DNA of 35,701 nt, from positions 62,001-97,701 of the forward strand of contig KZ538219.1 in the NCBI GenBank assembly GCA_000934665.2, given 5' to 3'. This stretch comes from Catajapyx aquilonaris (Eukaryota). The notes beneath the pieces are model-generated. The model was given only the letters and a program-made list of their open reading frames with translations. It made no database searches and had not been told where the DNA came from. Of the stretch, positions 34,765 to 35,701 are shown in pieces. Every line of letters begins with the position of its first letter. Within the stretch, counting starts at the first letter, position 1. The translations under genes were made by a program, and so were the position numbers.

Positions 34765-35701
34765 CTGGAAACAAACAGTGCTCATTAGTACAATAAATAA
34801 CCTTTCACGCTCATCATGTGCATCGATGCAATCCTACATTATGAAAACTGTTGAGGCAGAAGCAGCTTCACATTACAAAGGTAATTGAGAGTGGTACTGA
34901 AACAACTGAAATGCTGACCACAACTTGCAGCAGCCTGGCACAAATGCCACTTGCAATAATTTTGATGAATGTGATGTGTGGGAGACAGAAGTCAAAGTTG
35001 TGCAATGGAAAATTTCAACTTTGTACTGTAGGCAGTAATTGTATTGCATCCATTCTGTGTTACACTGCATACATTTGCTCAGCCTCTTTGACTATTGAAT
35101 TACTCAATTCAGGTGAACAAAAGCTGAACTTTTCTGACTAGTACAGCGCAGTGAAATTCAACAACAGAATCTAAATAGCAGCCTGCTGGTCGTGCAATTA
35201 ATCAGTTCTCAAATATACTGTATTTCATTTTAATAATAGTGTATATCTATTATCTCAAAGAAAGTATATTTGATTTCCAGGTACAATAATGTGGCATGAG
35301 ATGCTCCTTCAAACTTGGCCACATGTCATGCCACACATCATGTCATCATTGAAATGAAAGCCTGTCATATGCAAATATGCTGCAGCCAATAGCAAAAACT
35401 ATGGCAGGTGTCAAGCCATGGGTCTTGTGTGTGACACCAATGGTAAAAAAAACACACAAATCCACCAGCCTGATATTAAAGCATTAAAATTTCTGTAAAT
35501 CAACGCTAGCCACCATTTAAATGAGCAATTTGAGTTCACTGGGAAGTAATTACCTACACAAAGATTCTAATGTTTGTATTGCCTAGACAAAACAATTTAA
35601 CTGCTGAGCAATTCCATATGTTACACCCCACACATCGCACACAATTCTTGAACTTTGACGCAAGATTTAAATGGGAAAACGGGGGTTTCAAGTCATGACT
35701 T

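Noticed and set aside
1..35701. Intronic C/D snoRNAs, U12 introns, CRISPR arrays, rRNA and prokaryotic systems
   Set aside because: The C-box-like TGATGA hits I checked lack a suitably placed CTGA. All modelled introns are GT-AG without the U12 donor consensus. There are no repeat-spacer arrays or operon structure.

Overview
Eukaryotic, intron-containing genomic DNA from an invertebrate, most likely an arthropod (inferred from protein sequence style; not provable here). Four conserved genes were assembled by hand from GT-AG boundaries with consistent exon phases. (1) The 5' end of a MAGI-family scaffold gene on the minus strand: PDZ0 exon 1888-2184, with the rest off the left edge. (2) A complete 14-exon WASHC4/SWIP gene on the minus strand, about 1164-1171 aa. 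(3) A complete 4-exon mitochondrial GTP:AMP phosphotransferase AK3 on the plus strand, 219 aa, head-to-head with WASHC4. (4) A 5'-truncated, 28-exon p190-family RhoGAP on the minus strand, about 1875 aa within the window, tail-to-tail with AK3. Three intronic mobile elements keep their target-site duplications: an 83-bp hAT MITE, a 608-bp mariner-derived fold-back element built from two inverted transposase 3' ends, and a tRNA-type SINE with an 18-bp TSD and a palindromic (ATT)n/(AAT)n tail. I found no convincing wholly new biological system. The most notable items are the double-3'-end mariner and the candidate alternative exons of p190 and MAGI.
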